From contig CALVZK010000001.1 of assembly GCA_944372505.1 (NCBI GenBank), positions 65,185-129,184 on the forward strand: 64,000 nt of DNA, read 5' to 3'. The notes below the pieces were generated by a model, which ran no database searches, had not been told where the DNA came from, and was given only the letters and a program-made list of their open reading frames with translations. This document shows positions 9,879 through 20,024 of this stretch, in pieces. The translations under genes and the position numbers were made by a program. How positions within the stretch are numbered: the first letter of the stretch is position 1; each line of letters begins with the position of its first letter. The stretch comes from an uncultured Clostridia bacterium. Its GTDB lineage: Bacteria > Bacillota > Clostridia > Christensenellales > UBA1242.

Positions 9879-10721
9879 ATGGTTAAAAATTATTCATTTG
9901 TCAATAATTATCTTATGAATAAGTTTTTATTTATAATTCAATTATTGATTAAGGCATTTTTAATATTTTTAATTTTCTTCGTTTGGCTAAAATTTTTTGT
10001 TTATAAACTATGGGTTGTAATAATAATATCTCTAATATGCACATTTGTAATATTATGTTTTTCTACATTGTTATTGACAAAAAATCAAAAAAAGAAATAT
10101 TTAAAACAAAAAGAAAAAGAAGATGCCCAAGATATGTTTTTTTCTATTGCTAATGATAGGAGTTATCTAACTTTTTACGAGGAATTATGTAAATTAAGAC
10201 ATAGTAATACAAAAAAGAAGAAAAAATATTTGCTTATAACTCATCAGGATAGTTCAAAAACAATATTGTATCCAATAAACAATTATAAGGAAGTTTCTAT
10301 AGATGATATTAAAACAATATTTTTAGAGACAGAAAAAGAACAAGCAAATAAAATAGTAATTTGTTGCAATGAGTACGACAAAAAACTCATATCATTTATC
10401 AAAAATTATTCAATAGAAATTAGTATTTTAGATAAATATGACACTTATATGATGTTATATCAAGAATATGATTATTATCCAAAAATAACTATGAGAACTA
10501 CAGAAACAAAAAAACTTACATTTAAAGAGTTGATATCATATTCATTCAATCGTTCAAGAGCAAAAGGATATCTAATTGCTTCGTTATTTATTTTTCTAAC
10601 AAGTTTTTTTGTTAAAATAAGTTTATACTATTGCATATTTTCTTCGCTTTTACTATTACTCGCATTAATATCTTATATAAATCCTAAATGCAATATAAAT
10701 ACAAAAAAAGAAATAATTTAA
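9879..10721 (+). CDS. hypothetical membrane protein (N- and C-terminal TM pairs around a ~150-aa cytoplasmic domain)
   Basis: 280-aa ORF with no SD before either candidate ATG. No family recognised. Confidence 0.45.
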   Translation: MVKNYSFVNNYLMNKFLFIIQLLIKAFLIFLIFFVWLKFFVYKLWVVIIISLICTFVILCFSTLLLTKNQKKKYLKQKEKEDAQDMFFSIANDRSYLTFYEELCKLRHSNTKKKKKYLLITHQDSSKTILYPINNYKEVSIDDIKTIFLETEKEQANKIVICCNEYDKKLISFIKNYSIEISILDKYDTYMMLYQEYDYYPKITMRTTETKKLTFKELISYSFNRSRAKGYLIASLFIFLTSFFVKISLYYCIFSSLLLLLALISYINPKCNINTKKEII

Positions 10722-10742
10722 AATTAAAGATAATAATAAAAT

Positions 10743-10772
10743 AGAACTCTACAATAAGATGAGTTCTTTTTA
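10743..10772 (+). terminator. intrinsic terminator
   Basis: AGAACTC-N11-GAGTTCT followed by TTTTTAT, downstream of the 9879-10721 ORF. Confidence 0.55.
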
Positions 10773-10816
10773 TAATTAGTTTAAAAATAGCACTTTATTT
10801 TTTACAATCATAAAAC

Positions 10817-11113
10817 TTAAATTAATTCAATATGTTTGAAATCTTTTTTTGATGATTTTCTATAAATAATAATTGTACTGCCAATCACTTGAACAGGCTC
10901 ACAGCACAATTTTTCATTAATGATTTTCATAGCATCTTTAATATTTAATGGACAAGTTTTTAGAAGTTTAATTTTAATAAGTTCTCTCGCCTCAAGTAAA
11001 GCATTAATTGTATCAAAAGAATTATCATTTAAACCATCTTTGCCAATTTGCATTACAGGTTCTAATGCGTTACCCAATCCCCTTAAAAAAGCTCTTTGTT
11101 TTGTAGAAATCAT
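10817..11113 (-). CDS. YhbY/CRM-domain RNA-binding ribosome-assembly protein
   Basis: 98 aa. The sequence [27 protein letters not shown]...ELIKIKLL matches the family, and it sits immediately downstream of obg. Confidence 0.8.
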   Translation of the reverse strand: MISTKQRAFLRGLGNALEPVMQIGKDGLNDNSFDTINALLEARELIKIKLLKTCPLNIKDAMKIINEKLCCEPVQVIGSTIIIYRKSSKKDFKHIELI

Positions 11114-11122
11114 ATTTACTCC

Positions 11123-12391
11123 TTATTCGCTATATTCAAAAACAATATCTTTTATTTTAACAACACCACCATTTTTTAAACCACGTTGTTTTAACATATC
11201 AATTATGCCCATATCTTCCAATCTCTTTTGAAAATAAGCAAAAGATCTATTATCCGAAAGAACAACACCCCTAATGAAATTATCAATTTTGCCACCTTTT
11301 AAAACAAAAGCTCCCTCATCATCACGAGAAATTTCTAAAGAACTAATATCTTTTTTATCAAAATCAAATTCTTCTATGTCTAATGGTGTTTTTTTAGGAA
11401 TTTTGCTCAATTTTTCTAAAGTAAGTTTTTTTAATTCCAAGATACCACTATTTGTTATTGAAGATATAACTAAAAAATCTTTGCCAACTCGTTCTTTAAA
11501 TAAATTAGTTCTTTCAAATAAGGTTTCAGAATCAATCAAATCAGATTTTGTAAAAACTACAATTTGTGGAGTTTTAGCGATATCTTTATTATAATTTTCA
11601 AGTTCCTTATTAATAACAAAATAATCTTCAATAAAATTGCGACCATCACTTTGAGAAATATCAATTAAATGAATTATCAATCGAACTCTTTCTATATGCT
11701 TTAGAAAATAATGTCCTAAACCTTGTCCTTCACTGGCTCCTTCAATCAGCCCAGGTATATCAGCAACAACGAAAGTTTCTCCATTAACTTCACAAACTCC
11801 CAAATTAGGATACAATGTAGTAAACGGATAATTAGCAATCTTTGGGTTTGCGTTTGAAATTGTAGCAAGCAAAGTTGATTTGCCTACATTTGGAAAACCC
11901 ACTAGTCCAACATCTGCAATAGTTTTTAATTCTAAAATCACTTCTCTTTGTTTTGTTATCTCACCCGTTTGAGAATAATGAGGGGCTTGCTTAATAGAAG
12001 ATTTATAATAATTGTTTCCATGTCCACCTTTACCACCTCTTAATGCAACAAACTCATCATTCTCACTACATAAATCAGCAATAACTTTTTCTGTTTCACT
12101 ATCATAAATAACTGTACCGCAAGGTACTTTTATAATTAAATCTTTTCCATTTGAACCAGTTTTTAATCTTTTTCCTCCATCAGTGCCATTTTCAGCAACA
12201 AATTTTTTATGGAATTTAAATTCATATAATGTATTTATATTCTTATCTACTTTGAAGATAATGTTTCCGCCGTGTCCGCCTTCTCCACCATCGGGGCCTC
12301 CTTTAGCAGTCATAGCATTGCGCAAAAAAGAAGCAGAACCATTTCCACCATTTCCAGCTTTAATGCTTATTTTAACACGATCAAGAAACAT
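11123..12391 (-). CDS. obg: GTPase Obg/CgtA
   Basis: It has the Gly-rich Obg fold (GGNGGNGSASF, GGPDGGEGGHGG), G1 GFPNVGKST, G3 DIPGLIEGA and a C-terminal OCT domain. Confidence 0.95.
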   Translation of the reverse strand: MFLDRVKISIKAGNGGNGSASFLRNAMTAKGGPDGGEGGHGGNIIFKVDKNINTLYEFKFHKKFVAENGTDGGKRLKTGSNGKDLIIKVPCGTVIYDSETEKVIADLCSENDEFVALRGGKGGHGNNYYKSSIKQAPHYSQTGEITKQREVILELKTIADVGLVGFPNVGKSTLLATISNANPKIANYPFTTLYPNLGVCEVNGETFVVADIPGLIEGASEGQGLGHYFLKHIERVRLIIHLIDISQSDGRNFIEDYFVINKELENYNKDIAKTPQIVVFTKSDLIDSETLFERTNLFKERVGKDFLVISSITNSGILELKKLTLEKLSKIPKKTPLDIEEFDFDKKDISSLEISRDDEGAFVLKGGKIDNFIRGVVLSDNRSFAYFQKRLEDMGIIDMLKQRGLKNGGVVKIKDIVFEYSE

Positions 12392-12407
12392 TTTAATCTC
12401 CTAAATA

Positions 12408-13046
12408 CTATATATTGTGTCTTGTTTGTTGATAATATATACAAATTTCGCAAAATGGACACTTTTCACATAATGGTTTTTGAGCCTTGCATATGTATCG
12501 TCCAAAATGTACTAACTGTAAATGTAATTTTCCCCACTTGGCTTTTTCAAACAATTTCATTAATGTCTTTTCACAAATATAAGGATTTTTTGTATTTACA
12601 AGTCCTAATCTATTAGAAACCCTTAAAACATGCGTATCTACTGCTATTGCTTGACCTTTAAAAGCCTCACTATAGACTACATTTGCAGTCTTCCTTCCTA
12701 CCCCAGCCAAAGTTTGCAACTTGTCTAGATCTTTTGGTACTTCTCCATTATATTTTTCTACTATATCCTTACTCATTAATAAAATATTTTTTGCTTTATT
12801 ATGGTAAAATCCACATGAATAAATAATTTTTTCCAATTGTTCATTTGTTAAAGTTAGCATCTTTTGCGGAGTATTATATTTCTTAAACAATTCTTGTGTA
12901 ATTATATTGGCTCTTTTATCAGTACACTGTGCAGATAATATTACAGCCACTAATAGTTCATATTCACTACTATAATTTAATTCACATTCAGGTTCGGGAA
13001 ATAAATCATTTAAATTCTGTTCTATATTTTTTATAATTTTGTTCAT
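12408..13046 (-). CDS. nth: endonuclease III
   Basis: HhH-GPD motif LAGVGRKTANVV, the catalytic-Asp region VDTHV, and a C-terminal 4Fe-4S cluster loop C-x6-C-x2-C-x5-C. Confidence 0.92.
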   Translation of the reverse strand: MNKIIKNIEQNLNDLFPEPECELNYSSEYELLVAVILSAQCTDKRANIITQELFKKYNTPQKMLTLTNEQLEKIIYSCGFYHNKAKNILLMSKDIVEKYNGEVPKDLDKLQTLAGVGRKTANVVYSEAFKGQAIAVDTHVLRVSNRLGLVNTKNPYICEKTLMKLFEKAKWGKLHLQLVHFGRYICKAQKPLCEKCPFCEICIYYQQTRHNI

Positions 13047-13050
13047 AATT

Positions 13051-14514
13051 TTACCTCATGAGAGGAAATAAAACCGTATCTCTAATGTTTGGCAAATCAA
13101 ATATAAATTGAACAAAACGGTCAATACCAAATCCTAAACCAGAAATTGGAGGCATACCATGCTCCATAGCAAGTAAGAAATCTTCATCTACGTCCATTGT
13201 TTCTTCATCACCCATGGCTTTTTCTAGCAATTGTTTTTCTAATAAATCTCTTTGCACAATAGGATCAACAAGTTCAGAATAAGCTTTAACAAGTTCTGCA
13301 CCACCTGCAACAACCTGAAAAACATCAATTATTCGTTCATCTTTATCATTTCTTCTAGCAAGTGGTATTAATTGTGCAGGATAGTTAAATATAATTGTAG
13401 GATTTACGATTTCTTCTCTAATTTTTCTCTTATAGATATAATCAATTAAAGTTCTAACGGATTTACATTCTTCAAGTTCACTATAACCATATAAGCCTTT
13501 TTTTACTACCTTTTCTTTAAAAGAATTTAAATCGTTTTCTTCTAGAAAATCGAAGCCTAAAATTTCTCTCATTTTTTCAACATAATTTATTCTAGGCCAT
13601 TCACTATTAAATTCTATAATGTTGCCTTGATAATTAATCTGTGTAGAACCAATACATGAATTTAATAACTTTATAATCATATCATGAAAAAATTTAATGT
13701 TATCTTCAAAATTCCAGTAACTAGCATACCATTCAATTTGTGTAAATTCCTGTAAATGTGAAGGATCCATTCCTTCATTTCTAAAATCTTTACCTAGCTC
13801 AAAGACTCTATCAAAGCCAGCACAAATACATTGCTTAAGCCATGTTTCCTTTGCAATTCTTAAATTACATTCTATATTTAAAGCATTGTGATGAGTAAAA
13901 AATGGTTTTGCACTTGCTCCAGACACACTTGTTTGCAAAACAGGTGTCTCAACTTCTAAAAATCCATTATCCTCAAGATAGCGTCTTATAAATGATTCTA
14001 TTTTACTTCTTTTATAAAAAACTTGCCTAGATTTTTCATTAGTAATTAAATCCAAATATCTTTGACGATAAATAGTTTCAGTATCACAGAGTCCATGAAA
14101 TTTTTCTGGTAATGGTCTTAAAGATTTTGACAGTAGTGTAACTTTTTCTGCTCTAACAGTTACTTCCCCTGTTTGTGTAATATAAACTTCTCCTTCAACA
14201 CCAACAAAGTCAGCAATATCGATCATTTTCTTATAAAAGTCATAAGAATTTTCATCTAGTTCATTTCTCCCTACTGAAACTTGAATTTTCCCAGCAAAAT
14301 CACGAATCTGTATAAATCCAAATTTTCCCATAACTCTTTTAAAAATAATTCTACCTGCAATTTTTACTTTTTCTCCAACCTTTTCTCTTGCCTCGATAAT
14401 AGTACAAGTTCTTTCAAATTTTTCTTTAAAAGGTATTTCACCCATTTCTTTCAAATCTTCTATTTTTTTTCTTCTTATATCAATTTCATTTGATAAAATT
14501 TGTGTTTCAGCCAT
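13051..14514 (-). CDS. lysS: lysine--tRNA ligase, class II
   Basis: 487 aa. It has an N-terminal OB domain, RYLDL, FRNEG (motif 2) and GMPPISGLGFGIDRFV (motif 3). Confidence 0.95.
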   Translation of the reverse strand: MAETQILSNEIDIRRKKIEDLKEMGEIPFKEKFERTCTIIEAREKVGEKVKIAGRIIFKRVMGKFGFIQIRDFAGKIQVSVGRNELDENSYDFYKKMIDIADFVGVEGEVYITQTGEVTVRAEKVTLLSKSLRPLPEKFHGLCDTETIYRQRYLDLITNEKSRQVFYKRSKIESFIRRYLEDNGFLEVETPVLQTSVSGASAKPFFTHHNALNIECNLRIAKETWLKQCICAGFDRVFELGKDFRNEGMDPSHLQEFTQIEWYASYWNFEDNIKFFHDMIIKLLNSCIGSTQINYQGNIIEFNSEWPRINYVEKMREILGFDFLEENDLNSFKEKVVKKGLYGYSELEECKSVRTLIDYIYKRKIREEIVNPTIIFNYPAQLIPLARRNDKDERIIDVFQVVAGGAELVKAYSELVDPIVQRDLLEKQLLEKAMGDEETMDVDEDFLLAMEHGMPPISGLGFGIDRFVQFIFDLPNIRDTVLFPLMR

Positions 14515-14582
14515 AAAATCTCCTAAATTAAATTAATTAATTAAATCTAATTTAAGTTACCATAATTTGCAAAATAAGTCAA

Positions 14583-15122
14583 TCATTTATATTTGTTTTT
14601 ATAATAATTATAATTTTTATAAACCTTATTTATATAATTCTTTGTCTCCTCAAAAGGAATCTTCTTAAGAGTTTTGCCATCTTCTGAATATTCGGTATTT
14701 TTAAGCCATTCACTCACATTGCCCTGACCCGCATTATAAGCACATAAAGCTACTTTTTCATTTTCAAAATAATTCAATAAATACGACAAATAATAGCTAC
14801 CAATCATTATGTTATATTCACCATCTAATAATAAATCATCACTATATTCTACTTTCATTTTTTTCGCAAGCCATTGAGCAGTTTGAGGCATAATCTGCAT
14901 GACTCCTACAGCACCTCTTTTAGATATAGAAGTTTCTTTAAAATTACTTTCAGTATTTGCAACAGAAGCTATTAAAGCAGCATTTACTTGATATTTTGAA
15001 GAAAAGTTATAAATTTCGTCTTTGTATTTCATTGGATAAAAATATGCATTAAAGCAATTTAGCAAAAATATTAAAATTATTGCTAATATAATTAAACTAA
15101 AAATAGAAAAAAAAGTTTTCAT
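14583..15122 (-). CDS. lytic transglycosylase (SLT domain), N-terminal membrane anchor
   Basis: Catalytic ESNF, then GVMQIMPQTA and AYNAGQGNV. Confidence 0.85.
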   Translation of the reverse strand: MKTFFSIFSLIILAIILIFLLNCFNAYFYPMKYKDEIYNFSSKYQVNAALIASVANTESNFKETSISKRGAVGVMQIMPQTAQWLAKKMKVEYSDDLLLDGEYNIMIGSYYLSYLLNYFENEKVALCAYNAGQGNVSEWLKNTEYSEDGKTLKKIPFEETKNYINKVYKNYNYYKNKYK

Positions 15123-15162
15123 ATTTTTATTTTATTTAATATATCTATAAAAATACATATTA

Positions 15163-15420
15163 TCAAATTCTTTCAATGCAATTATTAAAACCTTTTCTAT
15201 TAACTCTAAAAAAACCATAGAAGGATCGAAAAGGTTTAATCTGTAAAAATGATTGTGCAATAGCTAAACTGTTTTCACTAAATTTTACACAAATCCCACA
15301 TGTTTGCCCAACTTCTTTTGGTGTATTAATTATTTGAGCCAATATTCTTTTATTTTTGAACATATTAAAAAAGTATAGTGTTTCATTTCTTGATTTAAAA
15401 ACTGCTAAAATAAAATTCAC
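15163..15420 (-). CDS. DUF3343 family protein (putative Se/S carrier-like)
   Basis: 85 aa. Family-like pattern ILAVF.S.N..L.......K.ILAQIINTPKEVGQTCGICVKF. It is divergent from a class-V aminotransferase gene. Confidence 0.6.
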   Translation of the reverse strand: MNFILAVFKSRNETLYFFNMFKNKRILAQIINTPKEVGQTCGICVKFSENSLAIAQSFLQIKPFRSFYGFFRVNRKGFNNCIERI

Positions 15421-15488
15421 ACTTTCCTCCTATAATGCACAAAAATCCCTCATAATCACTATATTGTATTTAAAGAGGAAAGTTTACC

Positions 15489-16640
15489 ATGATTTATTTA
15501 GATAATAGCGCTTCTACATTTGTTAAACCTAAAGAAGTTATAAAAGCAGTAACAGAAAGTTTAATACATTACACAGCTAATCCTGGAAGAAGTGGACATA
15601 ATGCAAGTATTTCTACGGCTTTAAAAATAGAAGAGGCGAGAGAAAATCTTTCTAATTATTTTAATAATGGTTCTTCTAACCGTATAATTTTTACTCAAAA
15701 TTGTACTGAAGCTTTAAATTTAGCAATTTTAGGTTCGGCAAAACAAGGTGGTCATGTCATATGCACCGAAAACGAGCATAATTCAGTTTTAAGACCTTTA
15801 GAATATTTAAGAAAAATGCAAATAATTGATTATTCAATCGTTTTTCAAAAAGATCCTAAAGGAATATCATTAGATGATATTAAAGAAAAAGTACAACAAA
15901 ACACATACATGATAATTTGTAACCATATATCAAATGTTAACGGATCAATAGCCCAAATAAAAGAAATTGGAAAATTTTGTAAACTAAATGATATTATATT
16001 TTTAGTAGATGGAGCACAAAGTGGTGGTCATGTAGAAATAGACATGAAAGAAAATAGCATAGATTATCTGACGATAGCTGGGCATAAAGGATTTTTCGCA
16101 CCTCAAAGCATAGGTACATTAATAATGAATGAAAGACATTCTCCAAACCCTATAAAATTTGGAGGAACGGGAACAAATAGCCTAGAATTATTTCAGCCAG
16201 ATATATATCCAGAAAGATTAGAAAGTGGAACAATATCTACACCTTTAATATTAGGACTTGATGCAGGATTAAATTTTGTAATAAATAATTTTAAAGAAAT
16301 TACAAATAAAATTGATGATTTGACAACCTATTTAAATTTTGAATTAAATAAACTAGATATTGATTGCTATACGCATCCTGAAAACGGATTTGGAGTAATT
16401 GCATTCAATATTGAAAATGTAGATTCTAGTGAAATTGCAAATATTTTAAATGAAAAATACGGTATTTGTGTTAGAGGAGGATATCATTGTGCTCCTATGA
16501 AACATAAAGCTCTTGGAACATTAGATAAAGGTACAGTTAGAGCTTCAATTTCTTATTTTAACACGTTTAGTGAAATACAAAAACTAATATATGCTGTAAA
16601 ACATATAAAACTTGATTTAAAAAAAGGTTTCATAAAATAA
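15489..16640 (+). CDS. class-V aminotransferase, cysteine desulfurase family
   Basis: 383 aa. It has the PLP-lysine context TIAGHKGFFAPQSIGTL and the N-terminal IYLDNSAST. The fold resembles NifS/CsdA. Confidence 0.85.
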   Translation: MIYLDNSASTFVKPKEVIKAVTESLIHYTANPGRSGHNASISTALKIEEARENLSNYFNNGSSNRIIFTQNCTEALNLAILGSAKQGGHVICTENEHNSVLRPLEYLRKMQIIDYSIVFQKDPKGISLDDIKEKVQQNTYMIICNHISNVNGSIAQIKEIGKFCKLNDIIFLVDGAQSGGHVEIDMKENSIDYLTIAGHKGFFAPQSIGTLIMNERHSPNPIKFGGTGTNSLELFQPDIYPERLESGTISTPLILGLDAGLNFVINNFKEITNKIDDLTTYLNFELNKLDIDCYTHPENGFGVIAFNIENVDSSEIANILNEKYGICVRGGYHCAPMKHKALGTLDKGTVRASISYFNTFSEIQKLIYAVKHIKLDLKKGFIK

Positions 16641-16653
16641 TTTTATTAAATCT

Positions 16654-17361
16654 TTAGGATTTATTATAACTTAAAAAAGTAGCAAATTCTTTAGTATTTG
16701 CAGCTATGCGACTTAAATCTAAATCAATAATTTTTCCGCCTGCCATCTTTACTAAAAATTCACCTGGAACATAATCCCAAAGAGTTATTTTATTAAATTT
16801 CAAACCACTTATTAATCCCCTAGCTATCCATGAATAAGCAACAGCAACGCAATAAACTCTTCTAAATTGTTTATTTTGATTATACAAAACATTTAGATCT
16901 TTCAATGTGTTTCCACCTTCAACTATATAAATACCATTATTTATTCCTTTATCATTAACATGAATTCTCTTTTTGTTTAAATAAGCCCCAGATTCATCAG
17001 CCCAATATAATTCCTTAAAACATGGTAAATATATAACAGAAGCACAAGTTTTCCAATCTTTAACACATGCTAATTGTATACCCCAAAGAGGTAAGCCATT
17101 GGCAAAATTAATTGTTCCGTCAATAGGATCTATTGTAAAACAATTTTGTGATAACTTTTCTTTACTATTAAATTCTTCACTAATAATTTCAAATTTGGGA
17201 TATTTCTTTTTTATTTCATTAATTATATATTTTTCAATTTCATAATCAAAATTTGTAACAAGATCTCCTTTTTCATCTTTTGAATAAACATTAATATCTT
17301 TAGAAATTAATTTTGCTGATTTTTTTGCTAATCTTTTAAGAAATTCGACTTCTTTGCTCAT
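16654..17361 (-). CDS. inositol monophosphatase family protein
   Basis: Metal-binding motifs ..EE.. and IDPIDGTINF, plus a WDY-type C-terminal motif (LWDYVPG). Confidence 0.8.
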   Translation of the reverse strand: MSKEVEFLKRLAKKSAKLISKDINVYSKDEKGDLVTNFDYEIEKYIINEIKKKYPKFEIISEEFNSKEKLSQNCFTIDPIDGTINFANGLPLWGIQLACVKDWKTCASVIYLPCFKELYWADESGAYLNKKRIHVNDKGINNGIYIVEGGNTLKDLNVLYNQNKQFRRVYCVAVAYSWIARGLISGLKFNKITLWDYVPGEFLVKMAGGKIIDLDLSRIAANTKEFATFLSYNKS

Positions 17362-17417
17362 TTTATTCTCCTTAATTAGTTATAAATAAATAATATAATA
17401 GCTTAATTATAAATACG

Positions 17418-17450
17418 AAACAACTAGTATGTAGTGCATACTAGTTGTTT
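17418..17450 (-). terminator. hairpin just downstream of pnp (probable terminator, possibly bidirectional)
   Basis: 14-bp perfect stem AAACAACTAGTATG/CATACTAGTTGTTT. It has T-rich flanks on both strands. Confidence 0.55.
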
Positions 17451-17454
17451 TATA

Positions 17455-19566
17455 TTATTCTTCTTTTGGTGTTTTTTCTTTAGGTAAAATTCTTTTTAAG
17501 TCAATTCTACCCTTATCGTCAATTTTGATAACTTCAACTTCTATCATATCACCTATTTTTACAGCATCTTCTACTTTTGCTATTCTCTTATTTGACAATT
17601 TAGAAATATGAACCATACCTTCTTTATTTCCAGCAAATTCGACAAAAGCACCAAAATTCATTATTCTCACAACTTTTGCATCGTATACATCTCCAACTTC
17701 TACTTCTTCTACAATACCAAGAATAATTTTCTTTGCTTTTTCAGCGTTGTCAATATCTTGAGATGCTATAAACACTTGTCCATCATCATTAATATCGATT
17801 TTAACTCCTGTTTCATCTATTATTTTATTAATAGTTTTTCCGCCTGAACCAATTACATCTTTAATTTTGTCTGGATCAATATTAAAAGTTATAATCTTTG
17901 GAGCATATTTCGATAATTCCTTTCTAGGCTCTTTGATTTCGGATAGAAGTTTATTCATAATAAACATTCTTCCTTCTCTTGCTTGTTTTAATGCAGTTGT
18001 TAAAATAGCTTTATTAATACCCTTTATTTTTATATCCATTTGAATTGCTGTTACACCTTTTTCTGTTCCAGTTACTTTAAAATCCATATCCCCTAAGAAA
18101 TCTTCTAATCCCTGTATGTCACTTAAAACAGCAACTTTTCCTGTTTCGTCATCTTTTATCAATCCCATAGCAATACCAGCAACTGGTCTTTTTATTGGAA
18201 CTCCTCCATCCATAAGTGCTAATGTCGAACCGCATACTGAAGCCATTGATGAGGAGCCATTTGAAGAAAGAACTTCAGAAACTAATCTTAAAGCATATGG
18301 AAATTCATCTTCTCCTGGGATAACTGGCTCTAAAGCTCTTTCAGCTAATGCGCCATGACCAATTTCTCTCCTACCAGGAACTTTGATTCCTCTTGCTTCT
18401 CCCGTCGCATACGCAGGCATATTATAATGATGAACATATCTATTTACTTCTTCATCATCAAGTCCTTCAAGTTTTTGCATGTCAGAAACAGTTCCTAATG
18501 TTAATGTTGTTAAAACTTGAGTTTGTCCCCTTGTAAATATAGCACTTCCATGTGCTCTAGGTAAAATATTTGTTTCGCACCAAATTGGTCGTATTTCTGT
18601 CAATTTTCTCCCATCAGGTCTAACGCCATCATTTAAAATTCTTGCTCTTACTTTTTCTTTTGTCATTTTGTAAAGAACTTCACCAATTGATTTTTCAGCA
18701 TCTGGAAAAATTTCTTCAAAATGCTCTTTAGTTAGTTTATCAACTTCTTCTTGGCGAGTTTGTCTTTCTGTTCTATCAAAAGTGTCTAATGCATGATCTA
18801 ATAACTTATCAGCAAACTCTCTAACTTGAGTATTAATCTCTTCTGGAACTATATCATAAACTAAATTTTCGCAAACTGGCTTACCAATTTGTTTTTTAAC
18901 ATCTTTTTGGAAAGCAACAATTTTTTTAATTTCTTCATGAGCAAACATAATTGCATCAAGCATTGTTTCTTCTGGCACCTCTTTTGCCCCTGCTTCAACC
19001 ATTAAAACTGCCTCATCTGTACCAGCTACAGTTAGGTGTATTAGTGACTTTTCTCTTTCTTCTGCATTTGGATTAATTATGAATTTATCATCTACTAATC
19101 CCACTTGCACTGATCCAGTTGGCCCCATAAATGGAATGTCTGAAATAGTTAATGCAAAACTTGAACCTAACATTGCTAATGGTTCCGGAGCCACATCGGG
19201 ATCAACAGATAATGCTGTAGCTATTACACAAACATCATGATAAAATCCTTTTGGAAATAAAGGTCTTAAAGGTCTATCAATTAATCTAGAAGTAAGAATT
19301 GCTTTATCTGAAGGTTTTCCCTCTCTTTTTTTAAATCCGCCAGGGATTTTACCTACAGAGTACATTTTCTCTTCAAAATCAACTTGTAAAGGGAAAAAGT
19401 CTATACCTGGTCTAGGTAATTTAGACATTGTTACATTAACCATAACAACAGTTTCTCCACAACGCACTAAACAACTACCATTAGATTGCTCGCAAAGTCT
19501 GCCCGTTTCAAAGGTAACTGTTTTCCCTCCTATTTCAATTTTAAAAATTTTAGCGTCTTCTTTCAT
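17455..19566 (-). CDS. pnp: polyribonucleotide nucleotidyltransferase (PNPase)
   Basis: 703 aa with two RNase PH domains, a KH domain (GSGGKTINKI) and an S1 domain. Confidence 0.97.
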   Translation of the reverse strand: MKEDAKIFKIEIGGKTVTFETGRLCEQSNGSCLVRCGETVVMVNVTMSKLPRPGIDFFPLQVDFEEKMYSVGKIPGGFKKREGKPSDKAILTSRLIDRPLRPLFPKGFYHDVCVIATALSVDPDVAPEPLAMLGSSFALTISDIPFMGPTGSVQVGLVDDKFIINPNAEEREKSLIHLTVAGTDEAVLMVEAGAKEVPEETMLDAIMFAHEEIKKIVAFQKDVKKQIGKPVCENLVYDIVPEEINTQVREFADKLLDHALDTFDRTERQTRQEEVDKLTKEHFEEIFPDAEKSIGEVLYKMTKEKVRARILNDGVRPDGRKLTEIRPIWCETNILPRAHGSAIFTRGQTQVLTTLTLGTVSDMQKLEGLDDEEVNRYVHHYNMPAYATGEARGIKVPGRREIGHGALAERALEPVIPGEDEFPYALRLVSEVLSSNGSSSMASVCGSTLALMDGGVPIKRPVAGIAMGLIKDDETGKVAVLSDIQGLEDFLGDMDFKVTGTEKGVTAIQMDIKIKGINKAILTTALKQAREGRMFIMNKLLSEIKEPRKELSKYAPKIITFNIDPDKIKDVIGSGGKTINKIIDETGVKIDINDDGQVFIASQDIDNAEKAKKIILGIVEEVEVGDVYDAKVVRIMNFGAFVEFAGNKEGMVHISKLSNKRIAKVEDAVKIGDMIEVEVIKIDDKGRIDLKRILPKEKTPKEE

Positions 19567-19634
19567 AAACTACTCCTCTTATTTTTTTTAAAATAAAAGG
19601 GAACAAAAAAACATGCTCCCCCTAATTATTTAAT

Positions 19635-19895
19635 TTACTTAACTTCACGAATTGAAAGTTCTTTTATAAGCTTTCTATAAGCTTCAATATCTCTTTCTTT
19701 AAGATAGAGTAAGAAACCTTTTCTTTTCCCTACCATTTGTAATAATCCGCGACGAGAATGATTGTCTTTAGGATTTGATTTTAAGTGTTCTTGCAAATGG
19801 TTTATTCTAGCTGTTAAAAGTGCAACTTGCACTTGAACAGAACCTGTATCATTCTCAGTAAGTTTAAACTTGTCAATGATTTCTTTCTTTTCCAT
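19635..19895 (-). CDS. rpsO: 30S ribosomal protein S15
   Basis: 86 aa. Motifs: [16 protein letters not shown]...N.KD.HSRRGLL..V. Confidence 0.97.
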   Translation of the reverse strand: MEKKEIIDKFKLTENDTGSVQVQVALLTARINHLQEHLKSNPKDNHSRRGLLQMVGKRKGFLLYLKERDIEAYRKLIKELSIREVK

Positions 19896-20013
19896 AACTC
19901 CTCCTATTTTAAAATTTTCCCCTTAAGCGAAGCAAAGTGTCAGAAGGTCTCCTCTTAACTGCGCAAAAGGCTATCGACTTTGCTAGTATATCATGAAAGA
20001 GAAATTTTGTAAA
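19896..20013 (-). promoter_or_regulatory. rpsO promoter (TTTACA-17-TATACT) plus structured, comparatively GC-rich 5' leader (candidate S15 autoregulatory element)
   Basis: The -35 element is at 20008-20013 and the -10 at 19985-19990. The leader contains a long-range helix AGCAAAGU...ACUUUGCU and two CUUAAG/UUAAG motifs ahead of the SD. Confidence 0.45.
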
Positions 20014-20024
20014 CTGTTTTTTCA

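Noticed and set aside
14515-14582. T-box leaders upstream of the aminoacyl-tRNA synthetase genes (lysS, alaS, aspS-asnS).
   Set aside because: The upstream spacers are only 57-134 nt and AT-rich. They show no specifier or antiterminator architecture and are too short for a T-box.
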